Shown: positions 8,810 through 18,375 of the stretch, in pieces | Position numbering within the stretch: position 1 is the first letter of the stretch | Layout of the letters: each line of letters opens with the position of its first letter | Assembly: GCA_913054235.1 (NCBI GenBank) | Contig: CAJXJI010000003.1 | Location: 1-40,971, forward strand | Direction of reading: 5' to 3' | Origin: an uncultured bacterium | GTDB lineage: Bacteria > Patescibacteriota > Minisyncoccia > Minisyncoccales > UBA10102 | Length of the DNA: 40,971 bases | Translations under genes and position numbers: made by a program | The notes under the pieces: generated by a model | What the model saw: only the letters and a program-made list of their open reading frames with translations | What the model was told of the DNA's origin: nothing | The model's database searches: none

Positions 8810-9769
8810 ATGCTTCTTTTATTACACGGCCCCGAATCGTATCTTGCGCGCCAAAGAGTGCGTGAGCTCAAAGAAGATGCGATTGTAAAGGGTGTGCTTG
8901 TTGAAGATATTGATTGTGGTGATACCGATTCGAAAGAAGTATTTTACAAACTCAATACTCCTTCTTTGTTTGACTCCCAAAAGCTTTTGATTTTTCATGA
9001 TGCGTTTTTAGTAAAGGAGTTTGAAGAAAAAGACATTCAAGATATTTTACTTAAGGCTAATCTTCATACTTTAGTTTTTGTTGCAAAAGATGCAAAGAAG
9101 ACAAGCTCGTTATTTAAGTTTCTTTTGCGCCATGGGAAAAGTGAGGAGTTCCTAAAGCTCAAAGGAATAGATCTTAAAAATTGGGCTTTACGCGAGATAA
9201 AAAAGTATGATAATTCCCTTGCTCCTGAAGCACTGGAGGAGTTGCTTTTTTCCTGTGGGGACGATTTGGAACGTCTTGCTCAAGAAATATCAAAGCTTGC
9301 AGCTTTTACATACTCTTTTGTAAAAAAAGAAGTAACAAAGCATGATGTATCAGTGCTTGTAGAAAAACCATTGGAGCCAAAAATCTTCTCTACCATTGAT
9401 GCAATTTGTACAAGAAACCGAAAGCTAGCAATCAAGCTTTTATCAGAACATCTTCACAAAGGAGAGTCTCCGCTTCAGTTGCTCAGCATGTTTGCTTGGC
9501 AGTTTCGTATTCTTTTATCTCAAAAAGATTTAATGGAGCGAGGAGTGCCAGCAGGAGAGATTGCGCAAAAACTAAAACTTCACCCCTTTGTTGCAAAAAA
9601 GAATTTTATTGCAGCAGAACTTTTTTCGCTTAACGAGCTAAAAGAGTTATACAAAAGGATATTTTCCCTGGACCTTGCATTTAAGACCGGAAAGGGAAAT
9701 CCAGAGCAACTTTTGTATTTGTTTGCAATTAGTGCTGCCTCAAAAAAAACCAGCGACTCTAGCCGCTGA
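8810..9769 (+). CDS. holA: DNA polymerase III delta subunit
   Basis: LLHGPESYL, SLF, DL..L..EI.KL, HPFV, DL.FKTG; ATG at 8810 preferred over TTG at 8786. Confidence 0.9.
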   Translation: MLLLLHGPESYLARQRVRELKEDAIVKGVLVEDIDCGDTDSKEVFYKLNTPSLFDSQKLLIFHDAFLVKEFEEKDIQDILLKANLHTLVFVAKDAKKTSSLFKFLLRHGKSEEFLKLKGIDLKNWALREIKKYDNSLAPEALEELLFSCGDDLERLAQEISKLAAFTYSFVKKEVTKHDVSVLVEKPLEPKIFSTIDAICTRNRKLAIKLLSEHLHKGESPLQLLSMFAWQFRILLSQKDLMERGVPAGEIAQKLKLHPFVAKKNFIAAELFSLNELKELYKRIFSLDLAFKTGKGNPEQLLYLFAISAASKKTSDSSR

Positions 9770-10025
9770 CTTTTTGTATAAGTTTAGTAAGGCGAGATTT
9801 CTTTCTTGCTGCAGCATTCTTTTTAATAATTCCTCTTTTTGCTGCTTTATCAATCGCCTTGTAGAGTTCAGGGAGAAGCTTTACTGCTTCCTCTTTCTTC
9901 TCTGTTGTAGCTAGTTTCTTGGTTTGCTTTACCAAGGTCTTCATGGTGTTTTTGCGCTTGAGGTTTCTAATTTTCCCTCGTACGTTTTGGCGCAGAGCCT
10001 TTTTTGCAGATTTTGTTATTGGCAT
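9759..10025 (-). CDS. rpsT: 30S ribosomal protein S20
   Basis: MPITKSAKKALRQ, IDKAAKRGIIKKNAAARKKSRL. Confidence 0.97.
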   Translation of the reverse strand: MPITKSAKKALRQNVRGKIRNLKRKNTMKTLVKQTKKLATTEKKEEAVKLLPELYKAIDKAAKRGIIKKNAAARKKSRLTKLIQKVSG

Positions 10026-10031
10026 ATCTTT

Positions 10032-11987
10032 TTATATAGCATTTTTTCCTTTTTTTATCAAGTCCCTTATCTCAGCTGCGCGCTCAAAGTCTAGGTTCTT
10101 TGCAGCGGTCTTCATCTCTTTTTTTAAGAGTTCGGGATCACTCAATCCCGCAAACTCTGCTTCAATGTCTTTTCCTTTTTGCTCAAGCTCCCAATCCAGC
10201 ACCTCTTTTATAATAGGCATGGGAGTTATGCTGTGTTCCTTGTTATACTCCTCTTGAATTTTTCTTCTGCGGTCTACTTCGGTAATAGCATTTTTCATAG
10301 AGAGAGTTGTTTTGTCTGCATACAAGATAGCTCTGCCTTCTTGGTGTCGTGCTGCTCTTCCCATGGTTTGAATGAGCGTTGTTTCATTTCGCAAGAATCC
10401 CTCTTTGTCTGCATCCAAAATTGCAATCAAAGTAACCTCTGGGAGATCAAGCCCTTCTCGCAAAAGATTAATACCAACAAGTGCATCTATCTCTCCCTTT
10501 CTTAGTCTTGTAAGAAAACCAGGGCGATCCAGAGTCTTTACCTCAGAGTGCAGCCATTCAATATTAAGACCTTGCTTGGAAAGAAAGCTTGCAATTTCCT
10601 CTGCTAATCTTTTCGTTAAGGTAATAACTAAGGCGCGTTGTCCTTTTGCTTTTAACTTTTTTAGTTCTTTTGTAAGATCTTGTAATTGATTTTTGGTTTC
10701 CCTAATCTCAATTGCTGGTTCCAAAAGACCGGTAGGACGAATAATCTGCTCTACAATATATTCTTGGCCTCCTTCTTGCATGGCAAGATCCTGCTCAAAC
10801 TCACCTGGGGTAGCAGAAACATGGATTCTTTGCCCTGTTTTATCAAAGAATTCGCTAAATGTTAAAGGGCGATTATCTAATGCTGAAGGAAGGCGAAATC
10901 CAAAGTTAATTAATGATTGCTTTCTTGCTTTGTCTCCCGCTGACATAGCACGCAACTGGGGCAGAGCAAGATGGCTTTCGTCCAAGAAAACAAGAAAGTT
11001 ATCTTGAAAGTAGTCCAGGAGAGTAAAAGGCGGAACTTCAGGAGAGCGAAATTCCATATGGCGCGAATAGTTTTCAATGCCGTGGCAGTACCCAGTCTCC
11101 TCAATCATTTCCAGGTCATAGTTTGTGCGTTGCTCCAAGCGCTGTGCTTCCAGGAGCTTGTTTTGTTTTTTTAGTGTAAGTAAAGTATCTTGCAATTCCT
11201 TTCTAATATTTTGCATTGCAATTTTTAGCTTATCTTCAGAGGCAATCCAAAACTTTGCAGGGTAGAGTAAATAATTACTATTGAGTATTTGGTATTTTGG
11301 GTTGAGTGGATCTTTGGCAGTTGAAATACTTTCTATAATATCTGAATCAAGCTCTATTTTTATAAGTTCCTTTCCAGTAACAAGATATATTTCAATGACT
11401 TGTCCCCTGACCCGAAATGTTCCAGGGTGAAAATCAATATCATTTCGTTCATACTGGAGCGAAGTAAGAGAAGAGAGAAGTTCCTTTCTTGTAATATGTT
11501 GTCCTGGTTGGATTTCCAAGGACACTTTTTGGTATTCTTCAGGAGATCCTATGTTGTAAATACAAGAGACAGACGCTACCACAATAGAATCTGGCCTGGA
11601 CAAAAGATCCTGCACTGCTTCATGTCGCATGCGATCTATAGTTTCATTAATCTTTGCATCCTTTTCAATATAGGTGTCGGTCTGGGGAATATATGCCTCA
11701 GGCTGATAGTAGTCATAGTAGGATACAAAATAGTGGACTGCGTTATGAGGAAAAAACTCTTTAAACTCCTGATACAGTTGGATAGCTAATGTTTTGTTTG
11801 GAGAGATAATAAGGGCAGGTCTTTGGCTTTTGTAGATGAGATTGGACATGGTAAAGGTTTTCCCCGATCCCGTCACACCCAAGAGCACCTGATTTTTCGC
11901 GCCAGATGTAAGATTCTCTGCAAGCTTTTTTATGGCTTGTGGTTGATCTCCCGTAGGTTTAAAGTTGGAAACTAATTGAAACTTCAT
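10032..11987 (-). CDS. uvrB: Excinuclease ABC subunit B
   Basis: PTGDQPQAI, GVTGSGKTFT, YYDYYQPEAY beta-hairpin, DESH, GINLLREGLD, LDFERAA. Confidence 0.98.
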   Translation of the reverse strand: MKFQLVSNFKPTGDQPQAIKKLAENLTSGAKNQVLLGVTGSGKTFTMSNLIYKSQRPALIISPNKTLAIQLYQEFKEFFPHNAVHYFVSYYDYYQPEAYIPQTDTYIEKDAKINETIDRMRHEAVQDLLSRPDSIVVASVSCIYNIGSPEEYQKVSLEIQPGQHITRKELLSSLTSLQYERNDIDFHPGTFRVRGQVIEIYLVTGKELIKIELDSDIIESISTAKDPLNPKYQILNSNYLLYPAKFWIASEDKLKIAMQNIRKELQDTLLTLKKQNKLLEAQRLEQRTNYDLEMIEETGYCHGIENYSRHMEFRSPEVPPFTLLDYFQDNFLVFLDESHLALPQLRAMSAGDKARKQSLINFGFRLPSALDNRPLTFSEFFDKTGQRIHVSATPGEFEQDLAMQEGGQEYIVEQIIRPTGLLEPAIEIRETKNQLQDLTKELKKLKAKGQRALVITLTKRLAEEIASFLSKQGLNIEWLHSEVKTLDRPGFLTRLRKGEIDALVGINLLREGLDLPEVTLIAILDADKEGFLRNETTLIQTMGRAARHQEGRAILYADKTTLSMKNAITEVDRRRKIQEEYNKEHSITPMPIIKEVLDWELEQKGKDIEAEFAGLSDPELLKKEMKTAAKNLDFERAAEIRDLIKKGKNAI

Positions 11988-12000
11988 GTAAGATAAATCT

Positions 12001-12579
12001 ATGATTTCTTATCTTAAAGGCAAGGTTATAGCTTTGGGCTCAGATTATATCATAACAGAGACTCAAGGAGTAGGGTATAAGGTGTATGTTGCAGAGAATC
12101 GTGTCTCTTCCTATTTAGTGGGAAACGAAACAGAAATATACTGCCATCTTCACATAAAACGAGAAGAAACTTTGGAGCTGTATGGCGTAGAGTCGCCCCA
12201 AGCCTTGGAAGTGTTTGAAACTTTAAATAATATCTCTGGCATTGGACCAAAAGCTGCTTTAAACATTGCTTCTCTGGGCACTATGGAGCAATTAAGAGGA
12301 GCAGTTGAAAAAGGAGATGTAAGCTATTTTGCCAAGGTTCATGGGATAGGACAAAAAAGGATACAAAAGATTATCTTGGAGCTTACAGGGAAGCTACGCT
12401 TGCTTAATGGAAAAAATCCTACTGGTGAGGATAGTGAGGCAGCAGATGCTCTTGTTGCTTTAGGGTTTAGTAAAAAGCAGTCAAAAGAGGTATTGTCGCG
12501 CGTGCCTCTTGAGATCACACAGACTGATCAGCGCATTAAAGAGGCTCTAAGAGCCTTAGGACGGGGACAAAACAATTGA
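12001..12579 (+). CDS. ruvA: Holliday junction DNA-binding protein RuvA
   Basis: MISYLKG, GVGY, HhH motifs GIGPK and GIGQK, ALVALGF. Confidence 0.95.
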   Translation: MISYLKGKVIALGSDYIITETQGVGYKVYVAENRVSSYLVGNETEIYCHLHIKREETLELYGVESPQALEVFETLNNISGIGPKAALNIASLGTMEQLRGAVEKGDVSYFAKVHGIGQKRIQKIILELTGKLRLLNGKNPTGEDSEAADALVALGFSKKQSKEVLSRVPLEITQTDQRIKEALRALGRGQNN

Positions 12580-12698
12580 TAAGGGAGTTTTTTGTGCTTA
12601 GGATAGGGGTAGTTCGCAGCTCAGGAGGTAGTTGCTTAATAAGAAAAGACAAGATTCAGTTTTTTTTGGCCAAAAGAAAACGAAACCGAAGGGGTGTA

Positions 12699-13010
12699 AT
12701 GAACACCAAAATCGGGATCAGTTTTGGTCTCGCTCTTCTCATGGCTATCGCGATATTCGCGACAATGTTTGCCTTGGGTATGTTTTGAACGTCTGAGGCA
12801 CGTGTCTCAAATGATAATCCACCAAGCAATGATGACAGCAGAATTGTGCGTTTTATCGATAGCAACTCACTGACGAAGATCTTACCAGTCACGAAGATCA
12901 CCGACCCACCATCTTTGGTAACCGGACTTCTAAGTGATACGAAGCGCAACAACACGACGACCTTCGCAGAGTGGATGGCACAACGGACGGGCGCCACGTC
13001 CCGTCTTTAA
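12699..13010 (+). pseudogene. Signal-peptide/membrane-anchored protein ORF interrupted by a single in-frame TGA (12786-12788)
   Basis: AAGGGG SD-like site; MNTKIGISFGLALLMAIAIFATMFALGMF*, then 73 more open codons to TAA 13008-13010; terminator follows. Confidence 0.45.
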
Positions 13011-13058
13011 CAAAAGGAGACAAAAGCTACATCTGTGCCGAGTCTCCTAAGTAGTATC

Positions 13059-13099
13059 GCAGGAGGAGGTGCAGCCAGCATCCCTCCTGCTTTTTATTT
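13059..13099 (+). terminator. Rho-independent terminator
   Basis: GCAGGAGG ... CCTCCTGC stem followed by TTTTTATTT. Confidence 0.7.
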
Positions 13100-13150
13100 C
13101 TTCAAAAAATCATGATACTCTAAGTATATAGATACGCTAGGTTAATTTAG

Positions 13151-14410
13151 ATGTTAAATGTTTTAAGAAAGATTACTCCAAAGTTTCTTTTAAGCTGGTA
13201 CCATTTTTTATGGTCTTTTTTTGGAGCTGTGTTTTATGGATTTCCTGCAAGAGGAATGACCGTTATTGCAATAACAGGAACCAATGGAAAGTCTACCACC
13301 GTAGATATGCTTTCCCGTATATTTAAAGAAGCTGGATTTAAAACAGCTTCCATGTCTTCTGTTCGTTTTCAAATACAAGAAGAAGAATGGAAAAACAAAA
13401 TGAAGATGACAATGCCGGGACGCTTTGCTATTCAACAATTCTTGCGCCAAGCAAAGAACAAAAAGTGCACACATGTTGTTTTGGAAGTAACGTCAGAAGG
13501 AATGCTTCAACATCGCCACAGGTTTATTGGTTTTCATACTGCTGTGTTTACCAATCTTTCCAAAGAACATATTGAGAGGCACGGTTCTTTTGAAAATTAT
13601 AAAAACACAAAGGGATCATTATTTTCCATGGTAAAAAATACCCATGTTATTAATACAGATGATGAACATGCATCTTTCTTTTTAAAGTTCCCCGCAAAAA
13701 AGATATATACCTATTCTATTCTTAGTGCAATAAAGGATGAGCTTGGCACTAGAGGAGAAAATGTAAAAGAGAATAAAGGACTGGAGTTTTCTGTTAACGA
13801 TACGCAGCTTTACCTAGGACTTCTTGGAACGTTTAATGTGGAGAATGCGCTTGCTGCAATTACAGTAGCCATGGCGCAAGGGATTTCCCTTGAGGTTTGC
13901 AAAAAGGCTTTAGGAAAAATGAAAAGTATTCCCGGGCGCATGGAAGAAGTAATCTCCCTGCCCATTCGAGTTGTTGTGGATTATGCTTTTACTCCTGCTG
14001 CCTTAAAGAAAGTGTATGAGACACTAAAACCTTCTTCTGGGAAATTACTATGCGTCCTAGGATGTGCTGGGGGTGGACGAGATGCGTGGAAGCGCCCTAT
14101 TTTAGGCAAGATTGCCCTTGAACACTGCGATACTATTATCGTGACAGATGAAGATCCCTATGAGGAAAACCCAGAGAAAATTATGGATGAGGTGATTGCA
14201 GGAACAAAAGGGAAAGCAGAGAAAGTAATAAATAGGAGAGATGCTATTAAAAAAGCATTAAGCTTAAGTAAAAAAGGAGATACTGTCGTTATAACAGGGA
14301 AGGGATCTGAAGATTCTATTGCAATAGCCAAAGGGAGAAGAATTCCCTGGGATGACAGGGAAGTAGTTAAAGAAGAATGGACAAAGTTGAATAATTATGG
14401 TAAGGTCTGA
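13151..14410 (+). CDS. murE: UDP-N-acetylmuramyl tripeptide ligase (MurE family)
   Basis: ITGTNGKST, EVTS, FTNLSKEH, PGRME, VVDYA, GCAGGGRD, TDEDP, TGKG. Confidence 0.88.
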   Translation: MLNVLRKITPKFLLSWYHFLWSFFGAVFYGFPARGMTVIAITGTNGKSTTVDMLSRIFKEAGFKTASMSSVRFQIQEEEWKNKMKMTMPGRFAIQQFLRQAKNKKCTHVVLEVTSEGMLQHRHRFIGFHTAVFTNLSKEHIERHGSFENYKNTKGSLFSMVKNTHVINTDDEHASFFLKFPAKKIYTYSILSAIKDELGTRGENVKENKGLEFSVNDTQLYLGLLGTFNVENALAAITVAMAQGISLEVCKKALGKMKSIPGRMEEVISLPIRVVVDYAFTPAALKKVYETLKPSSGKLLCVLGCAGGGRDAWKRPILGKIALEHCDTIIVTDEDPYEENPEKIMDEVIAGTKGKAEKVINRRDAIKKALSLSKKGDTVVITGKGSEDSIAIAKGRRIPWDDREVVKEEWTKLNNYGKV

Positions 14411-14454
14411 AGGTGTACATATGCAAGATGTGAGAATAATCACTATCTTTTTTT

Positions 14455-14688
14455 ATGACAAAACCCTTATTTTCAAAAAGTACGAGGAAGTATATTCGTT
14501 TTCAAAAAGCCCACATTCGTAGGGAGTTTTCAGACACAAAAAAGCAAAGAGAACTTATACGAGAACTCATAGAGAAATTTACCGTAAAACCTAAGAAGAA
14601 AGAAGAAAAACAAAAAGAAAAAAAAGAAGAAACGCCTAAAAAAGTTATTACAAAAAAGAAAGTGGTAACCGCAGCAAAGAAAAAATGA
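14455..14688 (+). CDS. Small Lys-rich hypothetical protein
   Basis: 77-aa ORF (SKSTRKYIR..KA.IRRE) with ATGA overlap to the next gene. Confidence 0.65.
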   Translation: MTKPLFSKSTRKYIRFQKAHIRREFSDTKKQRELIRELIEKFTVKPKKKEEKQKEKKEETPKKVITKKKVVTAAKKK

Positions 14689-15626
14689 AGATACAGGAAA
14701 TTTATCAAAAGGCAATAGAAATGGGAATTGATGCTGATTTTCGCTCCAAAGAGGATGTGGCGAAAGTTTTGGGGCGCAACAAAAAGAAATTTGAAAAGCT
14801 TTCTGAGGAACAAAAAAAAGAGTTTGATCAAGAATCTTTAACCAATCCATACTCTGATACCAGAGTTTTGCATATAGCAGAGGATAAAGAGATAAAAAAA
14901 GTAATGGTTGGTATTGATATTGAGCCAGCAGAACTTCTCATTGCAAAGCAATTAGGAGATATTGATCTTGTTATTTCTCATCATCCAATAGGCAGGGCCT
15001 TAGCAGATATGCACGAGGTAATGGAGCTTCAAGCTGATTTGTATAGTAAGTATGGAGTGCCAATTAATGTTGGAGAAGCACTTACAAAAGAGCGTCTTGG
15101 AGAAGTTGCTCGAGGTGTAAATCCAAGAAACAATTGGCGCACCGTGGACGCAGCTCGTATTCTTAATATGAATCTTATGTGTCTCCATACTGTTGCAGAT
15201 AATATTTCAGGAAACTTTGTGCGAGAAAAGCTTGAAGCAGGAGCTCCTGAGCAACTGGAAGATTTAATGAAAGTTTTAAGTGATATTGAAGAGTATAAAG
15301 AGGCAATTTTAAGAGGGGTTGGTCCTCGGATATTTGTAGGGAACTTGGAGAATCGATGTGGAAAGATTCTGGTTAATATGACAGGAGGCACTGATCCTTC
15401 TCCTAAAATGTACGAACGGATTGGGCATGCTGGAATTGGAACAGTTGTGGATATGCATGTTGCGGAGGATGCAAAAAAGGAGGCAGAAACAGCTCATCTT
15501 AATGTAGTTGTGGCAGGACACATGTCTTCTGATTCTATTGGTATGAACCTCATTTTAGATGAACTTAAAAAGCAAGGAATGGAAATTGTTCCTTGCGGAG
15601 GTCTCTTTCGAATTTCTCGAACGTAA
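14685..15626 (+). CDS. NIF3-like (NGG1p interacting factor 3) metal-binding protein
   Basis: NPYSDTR, VGIDI, SHHP, LHT.ADN, AGHMSSDSIG. Confidence 0.85.
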   Translation: MKIQEIYQKAIEMGIDADFRSKEDVAKVLGRNKKKFEKLSEEQKKEFDQESLTNPYSDTRVLHIAEDKEIKKVMVGIDIEPAELLIAKQLGDIDLVISHHPIGRALADMHEVMELQADLYSKYGVPINVGEALTKERLGEVARGVNPRNNWRTVDAARILNMNLMCLHTVADNISGNFVREKLEAGAPEQLEDLMKVLSDIEEYKEAILRGVGPRIFVGNLENRCGKILVNMTGGTDPSPKMYERIGHAGIGTVVDMHVAEDAKKEAETAHLNVVVAGHMSSDSIGMNLILDELKKQGMEIVPCGGLFRISRT

Positions 15627-15666
15627 GGCCGTTTGACTATCTTTCTTACATGCTACAATAAAACAT

Positions 15667-15972
15667 ATGGTAAAGAAAAAACCAAAAGTAAAAAAGACGG
15701 TTAAAAAGAAAATAGTTTTAAAAACTCAAGAAAAGCCAATTGGCAAGGTTTCTCACTATTTTGACAAGATTAAGGTAGCTGCTATTAAATTAAAGGCTCC
15801 ATTGAAAAAGGGTGACACTATTCGTATTGAGGGTGGAACTCTAATGATTAAGGTAAAGATTTCTTCTATGCAAAAGGATCATAAGCCTATAGCAAAAGCT
15901 AAAGCAAGAGATGAAATTGGAATTAAAGTTTTAAAAGTGGTTCGCGAAGGATACCGCGTTTTTAAGGTATAG
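15667..15972 (+). CDS. EF-Tu domain 2-like / U32 C-terminal beta-barrel protein with Lys-rich N-tail
   Basis: IGKVSHYFDKIKVAAI.L...L..GD.I, S.Q.DH, EIGIKV...VREG..VF. Confidence 0.75.
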   Translation: MVKKKPKVKKTVKKKIVLKTQEKPIGKVSHYFDKIKVAAIKLKAPLKKGDTIRIEGGTLMIKVKISSMQKDHKPIAKAKARDEIGIKVLKVVREGYRVFKV

Positions 15973-16015
15973 AAATTTAGGCAAGATAACGAGAAAATAA
16001 GAGCAGCCAAATAAT

Positions 16016-16369
16016 ATGGTCACAGAAAGATTTCATCATATTCTCGATTTAGAAAATTGTAATGGGAATATTGAGGACCCTAAGGCGTTAATAAGTTTTG
16101 TTGAAAAAATTGCCTCTGCAATAGAAATGAAAATAATAGGAGGCCCAATTATTCAAGAAGGCGTAAAGGATAACCCTGGCCTAAGCGTGTTAGCTCTTGT
16201 TGATCTTTCACATATTTCTGTGCACACCTTTACTAAATACAAGGAAGCTTTAGTAGATGTTTTTTCTTGCAAGGAGTACGACAAGGAAAAGGTATTGGAA
16301 ATTAGTAAGGAATTTTTTGCTACTCCTGAAACAAAAATTCGTCACAAGGAAGTTTGGTGGGGTAAGTAA
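16016..16369 (+). CDS. speD: Pyruvoyl-dependent S-adenosylmethionine decarboxylase-like proenzyme
   Basis: H.ILDL..C, G.S, SHISVHT, DVFSC motifs. Confidence 0.8.
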   Translation: MVTERFHHILDLENCNGNIEDPKALISFVEKIASAIEMKIIGGPIIQEGVKDNPGLSVLALVDLSHISVHTFTKYKEALVDVFSCKEYDKEKVLEISKEFFATPETKIRHKEVWWGK

Positions 16370-16392
16370 AACAGAAGGACACAATAGCATAA

Positions 16393-17529
16393 ATGAATAA
16401 CAGGTTTTTACTTGCACTGTCCATTTTAGTAGGCACTATTATTGGTGGGGGAATATTTGCACTCCCCTATGTTTTTTCACAGAGCGGGATTGTGCCCGCC
16501 CTTTTTTATTTTATACTTCTTGGAGGAGCAGTAATATTGCTCCATTTGTTTTTTGGAGAGGTTTGCTTGCGAACGAAAGAAAAGGCACGATTGATTGGAT
16601 ATGCCAGTAAATATCTTGGTTCATGGGGTAAGGGTTTAGCTACGTTCTCTACCTTATTTTGGATTATAGGGACTCTCTTGGTGTACATTATTTTGGCAGG
16701 TGACTTTCTCTATATTATTTTAGGAGAGATAATTCCTTTTTCCCAGACTGCTTTTTCTCTGTTATTTTGGGCACTACTTTCGTTTTTCATTCTTCGAGGA
16801 ATTCAATTAATAGCCAAGGCTGAGCTTATAATGAATATTGTATTATTTGCTGGTATTTTTCTCATTTTTTTCTTTGCTACGCCTCATATACAATTAAAAA
16901 ACTTTTCTCTCATCAATACAGATAATCTCTTTTTGCCCTATGGCGTTATTTTGTTTGCTTTGGCAGGATGGCCTGCTATACCAGAGATCGTAGATTTCTT
17001 TAAGGGAAAACATGAGAAAAGAAATATTGATAACGTTATTGTTATTGCTGGAGTGATTATCATTGCGCTCTATCTTGCATTTTCCTTGTTCGTGGTGGGG
17101 GTTTCGGGAAGCGCAACCTCTCCCGATGCTTTGCAAGGATTAATACCATTTTTGGGGAAGGGGGTGATTGTTTTGGGATCTGTGCTTGGACTTACTGCTA
17201 TTGCAGCTTCCTTCTTGATCTTAGGGAATTATTTGAAAAATTCCTTGAGGTATGATTTTCATTTTCCGTATATTTTTTCAGCTGGTATTTCAATCATTGC
17301 TCCCTTACTATTATTTTTGATTGGATTTCAAGAGTTTATCTTAGTGCTAAGTATTGTTGGCCTTATAGCTGTGATTGATGGTGTACTCATTGTTGCTTTG
17401 TTTTTGAAAGTAAAAAATAAAGGGACAAGGGAGCCAGAATATGAGCTTCGTATTCCTCGATTCCTTCCTTACCTGGTAGCCATTGTATTAATAGGAGGAG
17501 CAATAGTAGAGCTTCTTTCTTTTTTATGA
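16393..17529 (+). CDS. Amino acid permease (aromatic amino acid/APC superfamily)
   Basis: GTIIGGGIFALPY motif; about 11 hydrophobic segments. Confidence 0.88.
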   Translation: MNNRFLLALSILVGTIIGGGIFALPYVFSQSGIVPALFYFILLGGAVILLHLFFGEVCLRTKEKARLIGYASKYLGSWGKGLATFSTLFWIIGTLLVYIILAGDFLYIILGEIIPFSQTAFSLLFWALLSFFILRGIQLIAKAELIMNIVLFAGIFLIFFFATPHIQLKNFSLINTDNLFLPYGVILFALAGWPAIPEIVDFFKGKHEKRNIDNVIVIAGVIIIALYLAFSLFVVGVSGSATSPDALQGLIPFLGKGVIVLGSVLGLTAIAASFLILGNYLKNSLRYDFHFPYIFSAGISIIAPLLLFLIGFQEFILVLSIVGLIAVIDGVLIVALFLKVKNKGTREPEYELRIPRFLPYLVAIVLIGGAIVELLSFL

Positions 17530-17627
17530 TAGATAATATTTTAACAGTTTTATTCTTGATTGTAGGTCCCGTGGTGTTTATTCTTTGGATGTTGAGCGCA
17601 CAACTTGCACCCATATTGGAAGGATAA
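17526..17627 (+). CDS. 33-aa single-pass membrane protein (not in ORF track)
   Basis: MIDNILTVLFLIVGPVVFILWMLSAQLAPILEG; ATGA overlap with the permease stop; ends 2 nt before the acyP ATG. Confidence 0.6.
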   Translation: MIDNILTVLFLIVGPVVFILWMLSAQLAPILEG

Positions 17628-17629
17628 TT

Positions 17630-17917
17630 ATGCAAAATACTCGTTTTCATCTACTTATCTCAGGAAGGGTGCAAGGGGTTTTGTTTAGGCAAGGCGCAAG
17701 AGCAAAAGCCTTGGAACTTGGATTAACTGGATTTGCAAAGAATTTACTAGATGGAAAAGTTGAAATTATAGTTGAAGGACCAAAAGAAAAAGTAAAAGAG
17801 TTTATAGAATGGACAAATAAAGGACCTGGTCTTGCCAGGGTGGATAATGCTGAAATGGCAGAAGAAGAGTACACCGGAGAGTTTGAAGGATTTGTGGCTC
17901 GTGAGTTTGGGTTTTAG
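17630..17917 (+). CDS. acyP: Acylphosphatase
   Basis: GRVQGVLFR, GFAKNLLDGKVE, GP.LARV; ATG at 17630. Confidence 0.93.
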   Translation: MQNTRFHLLISGRVQGVLFRQGARAKALELGLTGFAKNLLDGKVEIIVEGPKEKVKEFIEWTNKGPGLARVDNAEMAEEEYTGEFEGFVAREFGF

Positions 17918-17985
17918 ACAAAAAGGTGTAGTTTTAAGGGGTTTGATACCAACTTGACGTTCTGCTATAATAGGAAGCGTACAAG

Positions 17986-18375
17986 ATGAGAAGAATTGTT
18001 GCAAAAATACCACGAACACAGATTATGCAGGCTGTTCCTAGAGCGTCTTTGGGAGCTTTGCCTATGCTTATTTCTTTTGAATTAGGATTTGCCTTGCTTG
18101 CAGGATACTTTGCGGCTCGCTTTATTGCAGGAAGGAAAACCTCTGCGCCCAATTGGAAGCATATTCCTTCTTTAGTGTTTAGCGTGGGAGACTGGCGAGT
18201 ACATCTTCATCATTGGTTAATCTTTTTAGCCATCTTTATTACAGCTGCTATTGCCAGCTTTTTTATTGTTTCTCCGTTTGCGTTTTATGGCTTTTTGGGT
18301 GGGGTTATTGTTCAAGGAGTGTTTCACTACGATGATTGGCCCAAGGTGGTTGTTCGCAAACAAAAGAGCTCATGA
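17986..18375 (+). CDS. Hypothetical membrane protein
   Basis: Three hydrophobic segments, HLHHW motif; TGcTATAAT promoter element upstream. Confidence 0.75.
   Translation: MRRIVAKIPRTQIMQAVPRASLGALPMLISFELGFALLAGYFAARFIAGRKTSAPNWKHIPSLVFSVGDWRVHLHHWLIFLAIFITAAIASFFIVSPFAFYGFLGGVIVQGVFHYDDWPKVVVRKQKSS

Noticed and set aside
12786-12788. TGA=Gly recoding (genetic code 25) as in Gracilibacteria/Absconditabacteria
   Set aside because: Conserved genes (tsaE, polA, ruvA, murE, smpB, rsmI) end at TGA at their expected C-termini, and long ORFs contain no internal TGA.
14590-14690. A-rich low-complexity run
   Set aside because: Explained by Lys/Glu codons of the small protein; no periodic repeat unit.
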